The notes beneath the pieces are model-generated. The model saw only the letters and a program-made list of their open reading frames with translations. It was not told the origin of the DNA and did no database searches. A program made the position numbers and the translations under genes. Positions 1 through 9,351 of a DNA stretch of 64,000 bases are shown here, piece after piece (position 1 is the first letter of the stretch; every line of letters starts with the position of its first letter). This DNA is from Alphaproteobacteria bacterium UBA3612. GTDB lineage: Bacteria; Pseudomonadota; Alphaproteobacteria; Sphingomonadales; Sphingomonadaceae. The stretch spans positions 48,389 to 112,388 of the forward strand of contig DFLT01000002.1 in the NCBI GenBank assembly GCA_002375465.1, read 5' to 3'.

Positions 1-1
1 G

Positions 2-1285
2 ATCGCGCTGCAGGAGCCGCTGCGGTCCGGCAAGCTGGAGATGGACGCGCGCAACACCCTGCTGGCCAGCATGACGGAGGCGGTCGCCGACATCGTTCTG
101 CGTGACAATTTCATGCAGACGCAGGCATTGTCCGTGGCGGCGGCCGGGGGCGCTGCGACGCTGCCCGCGCTGCAACGGGTCATTCAGATGCTGGAGGCGC
201 GGGGACAATTGAACCGTCGCGTTGAACAGTTGCCGACCGACGAGCAACTGACCCAGCGCGCAGCAACCGGGATGGGCCTGACGCGGCCCGAACTTGCCAT
301 TCTACTCGCCTACGCAAAGACCTCGCTTTACGAATCGCTGGTTGCATCCGGCGTGCCGGACGATGCTGTTCTGGCCGAGGATTTGTCCATGGCATTTCCG
401 GACGAGCTGGAGGCGCGCTTTCCAGCAGAAATCGCGAGCCACACCTTGCGCCGGGAAATCATCGCGACAAAGCTGGCCAACCAGATCGTCAATCGCGGTG
501 GCATCGCCCTGGCGTTCGAACTGGCGGAAGAACATGGAACGACGCTGGCCCATGTCGCAGCGGCATTCATTTCTGCGCGAGAATTGTTCGACCTGCGCAA
601 TTTGTGGCGTTCGATAGATGCGGCGGACATCGATGCCGCCGCGCACCTGATGCTGCACGCGCGTTCGATACAGGTGCTGCGCCTGCACATGTCGGACCTG
701 ATCCGCGTGACCGATGTCGGTGACAAGCCATCCGATACGGTAACGGCGCTGCGCCCCGGCATTGCGACGCTGGCAGAGGACATCGACACGCTGCTGCGCG
801 CAGAGCCGCGTGCCTATCTGGAGCGGCTGCGGCAGGAACTCGCGACGGGCGGCGCCCCCCACGACATCGCCGAGCGCATGATAGATCTGCAGGCGCTCGA
901 TGGCGGGGTTTCGACCTCGCGTCTGGCGTTCGACGTGGGGGTCAATGTGTGTGACGTTGCAAATGCCTATACGCTGCTGGGGCAGGAGGTTGGGCTCGAC
1001 TGGGCGAAATCGGCGGCAGCGCAAATGTCCCCGACGGACCCTTGGGAACGCCTGCTGGTGGCCGGGCTTGTCCGCGATTTCGAGGGGCTGCGCATCGGCC
1101 TGATCCGGCAGATCACGCAGCCCGGCGACGATCCGTCGGCCGCCGTTTCAGAATGGCTGGCGGCGCACGAGGACCGTGTCGGACGGTTGCGGGAGGCCAT
1201 CGAACGCGCGCGTGGTTCCGGAGCGATCACGACGGCCATGCTCGCGCATCTGGCCAGCCAGGCGCGCAGCCTGCTTGCCCGATGA
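2..1285 (+). CDS. gdhB: NAD-specific glutamate dehydrogenase (large ~1600-aa class), C-terminal part; 5' end cut by the window edge
   Basis: The frame is open from base 2 (IALQEPLRSGKLEMDARNTLLASMTEAVADIVLRDNFMQTQ...). The translation reads like the conserved C-terminal region of bacterial NAD-GDH. GC3 is strong. Confidence 0.8.
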   Translation: MALQEPLRSGKLEMDARNTLLASMTEAVADIVLRDNFMQTQALSVAAAGGAATLPALQRVIQMLEARGQLNRRVEQLPTDEQLTQRAATGMGLTRPELAILLAYAKTSLYESLVASGVPDDAVLAEDLSMAFPDELEARFPAEIASHTLRREIIATKLANQIVNRGGIALAFELAEEHGTTLAHVAAAFISARELFDLRNLWRSIDAADIDAAAHLMLHARSIQVLRLHMSDLIRVTDVGDKPSDTVTALRPGIATLAEDIDTLLRAEPRAYLERLRQELATGGAPHDIAERMIDLQALDGGVSTSRLAFDVGVNVCDVANAYTLLGQEVGLDWAKSAAAQMSPTDPWERLLVAGLVRDFEGLRIGLIRQITQPGDDPSAAVSEWLAAHEDRVGRLREAIERARGSGAITTAMLAHLASQARSLLAR

Positions 1286-1368
1286 ACCGGCGCGCGCCTG
1301 CGGGCGCGCAAAAGCGGAACCTGATACATTCATGGCCCGTTAAAGCGGCAGACAGGAAAGTTACGGAC

Positions 1369-1797
1369 ATGGACAAACGCCTTCTTCTTCTTGCCGCCGC
1401 TGGCTTCGCCCTCACCATCTGCCCGTGTGCCGCGAGTGCGCAGGAAGTTGAAGAGGCGCCGAGTTCCGGTGTCATCGTAGCCCCTCCGACGAAGCGGGTT
1501 CCGCTTGACATGTTCATGCCGCGAAAAGGGTGTGAAGACATTCCCGAAGGCGAAATCTGCGTGACCGCCGATCCCATAGACGAGCCCGAGGAATCGCCGC
1601 CCCCGCCCGATCCTGGCGACCGTCTGCTGGATGCCGGTGCCGAGCGTGAGGCGCTGGCCGACACGGGGTCACGTACACCGACGGATTGCTCTGTGGTGGG
1701 CGCAGCGGGTGCATCGGGATGCGTGGTCAACGATTTCCGCCAATGGAAAAAAGAGCGCGAGCTGCAGAAGAAGCGCGAAGAAATCCCTGTCGAATAG
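1369..1797 (+). CDS. Small secreted Cys-containing hypothetical protein
   Basis: Internal ATG at 1369 gives MDKRLLLLAAAGFALTICPCAASAQ, a signal-peptide-like N-terminus. The upstream part of the tracked ORF overlaps the gdh 3' end. The C-terminus is acidic and Pro-rich. Confidence 0.55.
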   Translation: MDKRLLLLAAAGFALTICPCAASAQEVEEAPSSGVIVAPPTKRVPLDMFMPRKGCEDIPEGEICVTADPIDEPEESPPPPDPGDRLLDAGAEREALADTGSRTPTDCSVVGAAGASGCVVNDFRQWKKERELQKKREEIPVE

Positions 1798-1829
1798 CCG
1801 GGGGCACCCTGGCCTGTTAGACTGAAGCC

Positions 1830-4556
1830 ATGGCTGATGTTTACAAGCGAGTCGATGACAGGCGTGCCATTATCGACCGACGTGCGCTGGCGAGCGAACT
1901 TGCCACCTGCGAACCCACGCGTGCGGAGGCGACGGAGATTCTGCGCGCAGCCTATGATCGCGGTGTGGTCGAATTGGACCGACGGATTGATGAGGATCCG
2001 GGCAAGGGCCTGACCCATGCGAATTCACGCGCATTTCTGACGGACCAGCTGATTCGGCTGATCTACGATTTCGCGACGCAGCGCCTCTATCCCAATAATC
2101 ATCCTTCGGCCTCAGAGCGCCTGCTGGTCTGTGCCGTCGGCGGTTACGGTCGGCGGGAAATGGCGCCCTATAGCGATGTCGACCTGCTGTTCCTGACCGG
2201 TAAGAAGCTGACCGCCTGGGGCGAACAGGTGATCGAGGCGGTGCTGTACACGCTGTGGGATCTGGGCTGGAAAGTCGGCCATGCCACCCGTTCGCTATCC
2301 GAACTCGTGCGCCTGTCGCGCGAGGATATCACCATCCGTACCGCCATGCTGGAGGCACGGTTCCTGTGGGGCGACCAGGCCTTGTACGATGAGGCGGTCG
2401 TGCGGTTCACGATGGACGTGACCCGCGGGACGGAGCGCGACTTCATCCAGCAGAAACTGGCGGAGCGCGAAGCGCGGCACGTCCGCATGGGCAATAGCCG
2501 CTATGTCGTCGAACCCAACGTCAAGGAGGGCAAGGGCGGCCTGCGCGACCTGCACGCGCTGTTCTGGATCGGCAAATATGTCTATCGCGTCGACCGGGCC
2601 GTCGAACTGGTCGACAAGGGCGTTTTCGAACCGCACGAGTACCGTCAGTTCAATCGCGCAGAAAATTTTCTCTGGTCGGTGCGCATATTGCTGCACCGCC
2701 TGTCGCGCCGCGCCGAGGAGCGCCTGACGTTCGACCTGCAACGAGAGCTTGCGAACCGCCTCGGTTATCAGGAGCGTGCCGGTGAAGCGCCGGTAGAGCG
2801 TTTCATGCGGCATTATTTCCTGATGGCGAAATCCGTCGGCGACCTGACGGGCCTGTTCCTGGCGCATCTGGAGGAGCAGCACGCTGCCACGCGCATGCGG
2901 TTGCCGTCACGCGTGCGTATGCCAAAGCGCCTGAAGGGATTCACGCTGAAGGACGAGCGGATCGGCATCCCCTCGGACGACTTCTTTCAGGAAAAGCCCC
3001 GCCGGCTGTTGCAATTATTCGCTCTCGCCGACCGGGAGGGACACGAAATTCACCCCCTCGCCATGCGTCAGGCGGGGCACGATGCCCATTTGGCCGGCGA
3101 CCTGAAAAAGGATCCAAAAGCGAACGAGCTGTTCATGTCGATCCTCGCCAGCAAGCGCGACCCTGAGCTTGTGCTGAGATGGATGAACGAGGCAGGCGTT
3201 TTTGGGCGCTTCATTCCCGATTTTGGCCGGGTCGTGGCGCGCATGCAGTATGACATGTATCATCATTACACCGTCGACGAGCATACCATCCGCGCAATCG
3301 GGCTGTTGTCGAAGATCGAGAAGGGCGAATTGCAGGACGACCACCCGCTGTCCAGCGCCCTGATCCACAAGATTTCGAGCCGAGAGGTGCTGTATACGGC
3401 GGTTCTGCTGCATGACATCGCCAAGGGACGCGGCGGCGATCACAGCGAACTGGGCGCGGAGGTGGCGGAAAAGATCTGTCCGCGATTGGGGCTGTCGCCC
3501 GCGCAGACGGAAACGATCGCATGGCTGGTCCGCTATCATCTGCTGATGTCCGCGACGGCATTCAAACGCGACCTGACCGACCCGAAGACGATCGAGGATT
3601 TCGTCGGTGAGGTGCAAAGCCCCGAACGGCTGAAGCTGCTGCTGATTTTGACGGTCGTCGATATTCGCGCCGTCGGGCCCGGCACATGGACGGCGTGGAA
3701 GTCACAGCTGCTGATCCAGCTGTTCGAGGCGGCAGAGGCGCGTCTGCGCCTGGGCCACCAGGAACATGGCCGGCCGGAGCGGATCGCGGCGAAGCGCGAT
3801 GCCGTGGCAGAAGACCTTGGCTGGGATCAGGAGCGGATGGCGGCCTATGTGAAGCGCTTTCACGACAGTTACTGGGTGGCGGAACCGCTGACCACGCTGG
3901 TGGCAAATGCCCGTCAGATCGACAGCCGTGAGGGGGAACTGAGCGTCGCGACAACCGTCGACGAAGAAACCGGCCTGACCCATGTGACGACCTATGCCAG
4001 CGATCACCCCGGCATCTTCATGCGACTGGCGGGCGCAATCAGCCTGTCCGGCGCGAACATCGTCGATGCACGCGTGCATACCTCTCGCGATGGCATGGCG
4101 CTGGACAATATCGCCATTACCGGACCCACGGGGGAGCCGTTCGTGGAGCCGGATCAGCTATCGCGCATGCGGCACAACATCATCGACACGCTGGAGGGGC
4201 GCATCCGCCTGCGCGAGCGACTGGCAAAGCGACCGCTCGCGCTGACGCGTGCCGACAGTTTTGCGATAGAGCCCCGCGTCCTGATGCAGCCGAATGCGTC
4301 CAACCGCTTCACCGTGGTAGAGGTGAATGCCGCGGACCGTCCCGGCCTGCTTTATGCGCTGGCACGAACGCTGTTCGACGCGCGCGTGACGATCCGTTCG
4401 GCGCATGTCATGACATATGGCGAGCGTGCGGTGGATACATTCTACCTGACCGACCTGATGGGTCAGCGGCTGGACAGCCCGCAGCGCCTGCGCGGTCTGG
4501 AGCGTCGCCTGCTGAATGCCGCGCAGGTTGTCGAGGAAGAGCGCAAGGCCGCGTAG
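1830..4556 (+). CDS. glnD: [Protein-PII] uridylyltransferase/uridylyl-removing enzyme
   Basis: 908 aa. It has an N-terminal nucleotidyltransferase region (GGYGRREMAPYSDVDLLFL), an HD domain (HHYTVDEHT...LLHDIAKG) and two C-terminal ACT-like repeats. Confidence 0.95.
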   Translation: MADVYKRVDDRRAIIDRRALASELATCEPTRAEATEILRAAYDRGVVELDRRIDEDPGKGLTHANSRAFLTDQLIRLIYDFATQRLYPNNHPSASERLLVCAVGGYGRREMAPYSDVDLLFLTGKKLTAWGEQVIEAVLYTLWDLGWKVGHATRSLSELVRLSREDITIRTAMLEARFLWGDQALYDEAVVRFTMDVTRGTERDFIQQKLAEREARHVRMGNSRYVVEPNVKEGKGGLRDLHALFWIGKYVYRVDRAVELVDKGVFEPHEYRQFNRAENFLWSVRILLHRLSRRAEERLTFDLQRELANRLGYQERAGEAPVERFMRHYFLMAKSVGDLTGLFLAHLEEQHAATRMRLPSRVRMPKRLKGFTLKDERIGIPSDDFFQEKPRRLLQLFALADREGHEIHPLAMRQAGHDAHLAGDLKKDPKANELFMSILASKRDPELVLRWMNEAGVFGRFIPDFGRVVARMQYDMYHHYTVDEHTIRAIGLLSKIEKGELQDDHPLSSALIHKISSREVLYTAVLLHDIAKGRGGDHSELGAEVAEKICPRLGLSPAQTETIAWLVRYHLLMSATAFKRDLTDPKTIEDFVGEVQSPERLKLLLILTVVDIRAVGPGTWTAWKSQLLIQLFEAAEARLRLGHQEHGRPERIAAKRDAVAEDLGWDQERMAAYVKRFHDSYWVAEPLTTLVANARQIDSREGELSVATTVDEETGLTHVTTYASDHPGIFMRLAGAISLSGANIVDARVHTSRDGMALDNIAITGPTGEPFVEPDQLSRMRHNIIDTLEGRIRLRERLAKRPLALTRADSFAIEPRVLMQPNASNRFTVVEVNAADRPGLLYALARTLFDARVTIRSAHVMTYGERAVDTFYLTDLMGQRLDSPQRLRGLERRLLNAAQVVEEERKAA

Positions 4557-4574
4557 GCCCGTCCTATCGGCCGC

Positions 4575-5177
4575 TTAGCGCGTCGGGCCGACGACTTCGG
4601 CCTGCTCCGTCTCGCCGCCTTCTATGATTTGCAGGATGCGCTGCGAACGACGGTCCCGGCTGGCATAATCGCGCGCCGAAAATCCGGCGACATGGTCCCC
4701 CTGATCGGGATCGGCGCCCCCTTTCATGAGCAGGCGGACCGATTCGGTGTCGCGGCGTTGCACGGCCCGGATCAGCGGCGTTTCGCCACGATTATTGGCT
4801 AGGTTCACATCGGCGCCATAGGCCAGCAGCAGTCGAATGCCGTCACCGAACCCTCTGCTCGCTGCCAGGATCAGCGGAGTGTCGCCGGCGTCATCGCGTG
4901 CATTCACATCGGCGCCGAAACCATGCAGGAAATTGATCCACGGGGCGTCGCGCCGGTCGGTGACGATGTGCAGCGCCGTGCGGCCGCCATCGCGCTGTTT
5001 CGAATTGACCACCGTTGAGGCTGGCCCCTCCACCATGCGCTTAACCTCGGCGGCATCGGCATCCTCGACCGCCTTGAAGAATTCATAGCGCTCTGAAAAT
5101 TGTGCGGAGGCAGCCGTCGAAAGCTGCGCAAAACCGAAGATCAGTGCCAGTGCGGCGATTGCCCGCTTTATAGCCAT
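4575..5177 (-). CDS. Exported ankyrin-repeat protein
   Basis: Ankyrin repeats are present (GRTALHIV..., GDTPLILAASRGFGDGIRLLLAYGADVN, GETPLIRAVQRRDTESVRLLMKGGADPD). Start chosen at MAIKRAIAALALIFGFAQLSTAASA (signal peptide); earlier ATGs at 5201 and 5210 are possible. Confidence 0.8.
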   Translation of the reverse strand: MAIKRAIAALALIFGFAQLSTAASAQFSERYEFFKAVEDADAAEVKRMVEGPASTVVNSKQRDGGRTALHIVTDRRDAPWINFLHGFGADVNARDDAGDTPLILAASRGFGDGIRLLLAYGADVNLANNRGETPLIRAVQRRDTESVRLLMKGGADPDQGDHVAGFSARDYASRDRRSQRILQIIEGGETEQAEVVGPTR

Positions 5178-5230
5178 CTTGAACCTGTCCCATCGACGCA
5201 TAGATTCCATTCAATGCTTCCTATAGGCGA

Positions 5231-5836
5231 ATGGCGATGAACTCCAGACAACCGATCCTGATCGCCGCCCTGCTGATGTTGATCTCTGCCTGTTCGTCCT
5301 CGTCGGAACGGCAGGAGGCACCGCTGGCGGGCGCGCCCATTGGTGGTGAATTCTCGCTGGTCGACGGCGATGGAAATGAGGTGAGCAACCAGAGCCTTCA
5401 GGGGCAATGGCGGCTGATGTATTTCGGCTATACCTTTTGCCCGGACGTTTGCCCCGTGGATGCGGCGCGCATGGGCCGCGCCTATGGCGAACTTGAGGAG
5501 AATGAGCCCGAGCTGGCGGAGCGCCTGACTCCAATCTTCGTTACCGTCGATCCCGAGCGCGACACGCCGGAGGTCGTAAAGGAATTCGCAGCGGCATTTC
5601 ATCCCCGGATGATCGGATTGACCGGGTCCCAGCAGGCCATTGACGACATGGTGGACACGTTCCGCGTCTATAAGGCGAAGGGCGATGTGCGAGAGGATGG
5701 CTTCTACCTGATGGACCACAGCGCACAGATTTATCTGTTCGATGCAGAGGGAAATCCGGTCAACGCCTATGCCCGCGACGTGTCACAGGCAGACATCGCC
5801 GCCGACATCGCAAATTGGATGCAGGCGGGGGAATAG
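5231..5836 (+). CDS. SCO1/SenC family copper chaperone (thioredoxin fold), probable lipoprotein
   Basis: CxxxC motif FGYTFCPDVCP and a lipobox-like LISAC near the N-terminus. 201 aa. Confidence 0.9.
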   Translation: MAMNSRQPILIAALLMLISACSSSSERQEAPLAGAPIGGEFSLVDGDGNEVSNQSLQGQWRLMYFGYTFCPDVCPVDAARMGRAYGELEENEPELAERLTPIFVTVDPERDTPEVVKEFAAAFHPRMIGLTGSQQAIDDMVDTFRVYKAKGDVREDGFYLMDHSAQIYLFDAEGNPVNAYARDVSQADIAADIANWMQAGE

Positions 5837-5840
5837 CTCC

Positions 5841-6278
5841 ATGACGGAGGCGCCCTTTTGGGAGCGGGTCCCGCTTGACCGCATGTCGAGGGATCAATGG
5901 GAATCCCTGTGCGATGGCTGTGGCAAATGCTGTCTGATGAAGCTGGAGGATGAGGATACGGGGGAGGTCGTGCCGACCAACATCGCATGCCGCCTGCTGG
6001 ATCGGGACAGCTGCCAATGTTCCAATTACCGCCACCGCAAGGCGCATGTTCCCGATTGCGTGCGGCTGACCCCGGCAAAGATCGAGACCTTTGCCTGGTT
6101 GCCGACCACCTGCGCGTATCGACTGCTGGCGGAGGGCGAGGCCCTTCCTGACTGGCACCCGCTGATAACGGGGGATCCCGACAGTGTACATCGTGCCGGT
6201 GTTTCGGTTCGGGGGTGGACCATTTCGGAAGCGGACGCAGGGCCGATCGAACATCATCTGACGGATCGTGTTCTTTAG
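5841..6278 (+). CDS. ycgN: YcgN-family cysteine-cluster protein (UPF0260)
   Basis: Internal ATG at 5841 gives MTEAPFWERVPLDRMSRDQWESLCDGCGKCCLMKLEDEDTGE, the typical UPF0260 N-terminus. The longer tracked ORF overlaps the SCO gene. Confidence 0.85.
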   Translation: MTEAPFWERVPLDRMSRDQWESLCDGCGKCCLMKLEDEDTGEVVPTNIACRLLDRDSCQCSNYRHRKAHVPDCVRLTPAKIETFAWLPTTCAYRLLAEGEALPDWHPLITGDPDSVHRAGVSVRGWTISEADAGPIEHHLTDRVL

Positions 6279-7017
6279 CGGCGGTGGCCGCAGCAAGGAC
6301 GCGGCGGACACCCTGGAGATTGCCGGGCGGGTCGTGGCCGTCGCCTTTCTGAAATCACCTCGCGCGCGACGCATCACCTTGCGCGCGGACCCCGCCAGGG
6401 GCCGCGTAACCGTCAGCTATCCCCGTTACGGTTCTTTGCGACGGGCGCAGCGCTTTCTGCAGGAAAAGCGCGATTGGCTGGAAAGCCGCATTGCGCGCTG
6501 GCCCGACAGCAAACCCTTGGTCGATGGCGTGACATTTCCGTTAGAGGGGCGCGACGTCGTCATACAGCATGTCGCTCATGCGCCGCGTACGCCCGAACTC
6601 ATCCACACCGGAGCGTTGCCGCAACTGCGCGTCGGCGGACCCGCTGACATGCTTTCCGCCCGCCTCGAAGGTTGGCTGCGCTCACGCGCGCGTCGGATGC
6701 TGACGGCAGAAACCCGCCAAGTGGCGAGCCAGAACGGCCTTGCCGAGCGCGTGACCCGGATCAGCGTGCGCGACACCACCAGCCGCTGGGGAAGCTGTAA
6801 CCCCCATCTGGGTACGTTCAATTATAGCTGGCGGCTGATTTGCGCACCACCGCTGGTCCGGCAGGCGATCGTGGCGCATGAGGTCGCGCATCTGGTGCAC
6901 CGTGGCCATGGCCCGGAATTTCACGCGCTGGCCGATCTGTTCGCCGGTGGCACCCAGGCGCAGGCGGACGCATGGTTACGCGCCCACGGTGCTGGCCTGC
7001 ACCTAATCGGCCGGTAA
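6268..7017 (+). CDS. M48/DUF45 (YgjP-like) metal-dependent hydrolase
   Basis: HEXXH in AHEVAHLVHRGHGPEF preceded by SRWGSC, as in DUF45 proteins. The GTG start overlaps the ycgN stop. Confidence 0.8.
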   Translation: MFFSGGGRSKDAADTLEIAGRVVAVAFLKSPRARRITLRADPARGRVTVSYPRYGSLRRAQRFLQEKRDWLESRIARWPDSKPLVDGVTFPLEGRDVVIQHVAHAPRTPELIHTGALPQLRVGGPADMLSARLEGWLRSRARRMLTAETRQVASQNGLAERVTRISVRDTTSRWGSCNPHLGTFNYSWRLICAPPLVRQAIVAHEVAHLVHRGHGPEFHALADLFAGGTQAQADAWLRAHGAGLHLIGR

Positions 7018-9210
7018 CAGGTTTTCCGGGCGACCCTGCGCCTGGCCGCGCGGCGTCTGGGTTGGTGCGGGGCGTTGCGGCGCGGCAGCAGGCGCGTCGA
7101 GCCAGCTGTCGTCGGCAGAGCCGGGGGGCGTCTCTGGCCGCGGACGAGTGGGGACGTCCGCCGCGCTGAGGCCCTGCGAGGTCGCGCGGCGGGACTGCTG
7201 CGCCGGCGGGGAATTGCCGTATTCCACCCCAATTTCACCCCCGGCGACGGGGGCCGGATCAGCATAGGGCTCCGCCTCCATCCGATCCGTGCCTTCCCCA
7301 TCGGCGAAATCATATTCGTCGACATAGGGGTCGGTCGCCGGGTCATAATCGTCGGCCCATGTCCCCTCCAGCCCATATACTTCCGCATCGGGCTCCGCGA
7401 AGGCGTCGTCGATACGAATGTCGCTGTTGAGCGGCTGTACCGGCATGCCCTTCGTCGCCGCCTTCATATAGGCGGCAAACGCGCGCGCGGGCGCCGCGCC
7501 GCCGGTCAGGCCCGGTACGGGCGCATTGTCGTCGCGGCCCATCCAGACACCGGTGGTCAAATCGCCGGTAAAGCCGACGAAATAGCCGTCCCGATAGTCG
7601 CTGGTCGTGCCTGTCTTGCCTGCGACGGGTCGGTCGATGCGAGCCGCGCCGCCGGTTCCGGATTCGACCGCCGTTTCCAGCAAATGCGTCATGTTGGTGG
7701 CCACCCAGGGGGCAACGAGCACGCGTGGACTGCGAATATCGCGTTCGTACAGCAGCCGGCCCTCGGCCGTTTCGATGCGGGTGATGCCATAGGGTTCGAC
7801 GGCAACGCCGCCCCGTGCAACGGCGGCATAGGCTGCGGTCATCTCGATCAGCCGTACGCTGGATGTGCCAAGCGCCATGGCCGGTTGCCGGGAAATGTCG
7901 GTATCGATTCCGAACCGGGCGGCCATATCCGCGACATTGTCGAAGCCATTACGCTGGGCCAGCTGCGCCGCGACGCTGTTGGAGGAGCGGGCGAACGCCT
8001 CTCGCAAGGTGATTTCGCCGCGATAGGATCGACCGTAATTGCGCGGCGTCCAGCCCTCGATCGAAACGGGGGAATCGTTGACATAATCGTCGGGCAACTG
8101 GCCGCCCTCGATCGCGGCCAGATAGACGAACAGTTTCCATGCCGATCCCGGTTGCCGTTCCGCGATGGTCGCGCGGTTGTAATTCGAATCGACATAGTCG
8201 CGGCCGCCCATCATCGCCCTGATGGCGCCGTCATGGCTCATGGAAACCAGCGCGCCCTGCACCCCGTCCGGCGTCTGTTGCTTTACGGCGTCCTGCGCGG
8301 CGACCTGCATGGAGGATAGCAGCGTCGTGGTGACGACCAGCGGTTCGACGGTTTCGTCCGTCAGGCGCTCTACCTGGCTCAGGACCCAGTCGGTAAAGTA
8401 GCGCACATCGTTCGCGCGCGGCTGCGGCGCGAATTCCAGCTCGGCAATTTCCCGCTGCACGGCGGCGCGGTCGTCGATAACGCCCTGCTCTTCCATCAGT
8501 TTTGCGACGACATTCGCGCGGACACGCGCACGTTCCGGATCGGCGCTGGGTGCGAAACGAGAGGGCGCCTTGACCAGTCCGGCAATAATGGCTGCTTCGG
8601 CCGGCGTCATCTGCGTTGCGGAATGGCCATAGAAACGCCGGCTGGCTGCATCGATCCCATAGGCACCGCCGCCGAAATAGACGCGGTTCAGGTACAGCTC
8701 GACGATCTGCTGTTTTGTAAATTTGCGTTCCAGAGCAAGGGCAAGCAGCACCTCCCTGATCTTGCGTTCATAGCTTCGCTCGTTGGAAAGGAAGATGTTG
8801 CGTGCCAGCTGTTGCGTAATGGTCGATGCGCCCTGCCGACGGGAATCGGACGTGAAGTTTATCCAGGCCGCGCGCGCCATGCCCTTTGGATCGACACCCG
8901 GATGGTTCATGAAGCGCCTGTCCTCGACCGACAGCATCGCCGCGACCATGACGGGGGGAATTTCATCGTAGCTCAGCCAGCCGCCATAGCTTGGTCCCTG
9001 GTTGACCAACACGGCGCCATCGGCGCTTTTCACGCGCACGGCCTGTCCCACCGCCGCCGTTCGCAGTTCCACATAGCCGGGGATCGACGCCATGGTGATG
9101 CCAACCGTGACGACCAACAAGATGGTGCCCAGCACCGCCACGCCAAGCGCGGATTTCCACAGCACGCCCCAGGCGCGGCCAGCGTGCGATCGGGATTTCT
9201 TTTTTGCCAT
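7003..9210 (-). CDS. Penicillin-binding protein 1A family (bifunctional glycosyltransferase/transpeptidase)
   Basis: Start set at MAKKKSRSHAGRAWGVLWKSALGVAVLGTILLV (ATG at 9210) followed by a TM anchor. It has a GT51 motif (SVEDRRFMNHPGVDP...GASTITQQLARN) and transpeptidase motifs (SAWK, KTGTT). The C-terminal tail is acidic and Pro-rich. The remainder of the 1176-aa tracked ORF is antisense read-through. Confidence 0.9.
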   Translation of the reverse strand: MAKKKSRSHAGRAWGVLWKSALGVAVLGTILLVVTVGITMASIPGYVELRTAAVGQAVRVKSADGAVLVNQGPSYGGWLSYDEIPPVMVAAMLSVEDRRFMNHPGVDPKGMARAAWINFTSDSRRQGASTITQQLARNIFLSNERSYERKIREVLLALALERKFTKQQIVELYLNRVYFGGGAYGIDAASRRFYGHSATQMTPAEAAIIAGLVKAPSRFAPSADPERARVRANVVAKLMEEQGVIDDRAAVQREIAELEFAPQPRANDVRYFTDWVLSQVERLTDETVEPLVVTTTLLSSMQVAAQDAVKQQTPDGVQGALVSMSHDGAIRAMMGGRDYVDSNYNRATIAERQPGSAWKLFVYLAAIEGGQLPDDYVNDSPVSIEGWTPRNYGRSYRGEITLREAFARSSNSVAAQLAQRNGFDNVADMAARFGIDTDISRQPAMALGTSSVRLIEMTAAYAAVARGGVAVEPYGITRIETAEGRLLYERDIRSPRVLVAPWVATNMTHLLETAVESGTGGAARIDRPVAGKTGTTSDYRDGYFVGFTGDLTTGVWMGRDDNAPVPGLTGGAAPARAFAAYMKAATKGMPVQPLNSDIRIDDAFAEPDAEVYGLEGTWADDYDPATDPYVDEYDFADGEGTDRMEAEPYADPAPVAGGEIGVEYGNSPPAQQSRRATSQGLSAADVPTRPRPETPPGSADDSWLDAPAAAPQRPAPTQTPRGQAQGRPENLLPAD

Positions 9211-9351
9211 ATCTATCCAGCTTAGGGGCAGGTGGTGCCGGCGGGAAGTTCGGATATGCCGCCCGGGACATGAAGCGGCGATGAAATCGATCGCCTCACC
9301 CCATACGCGTTTCATTTGCCCCGCCACCCGTAGGGCGGCATAGTCCGCCGG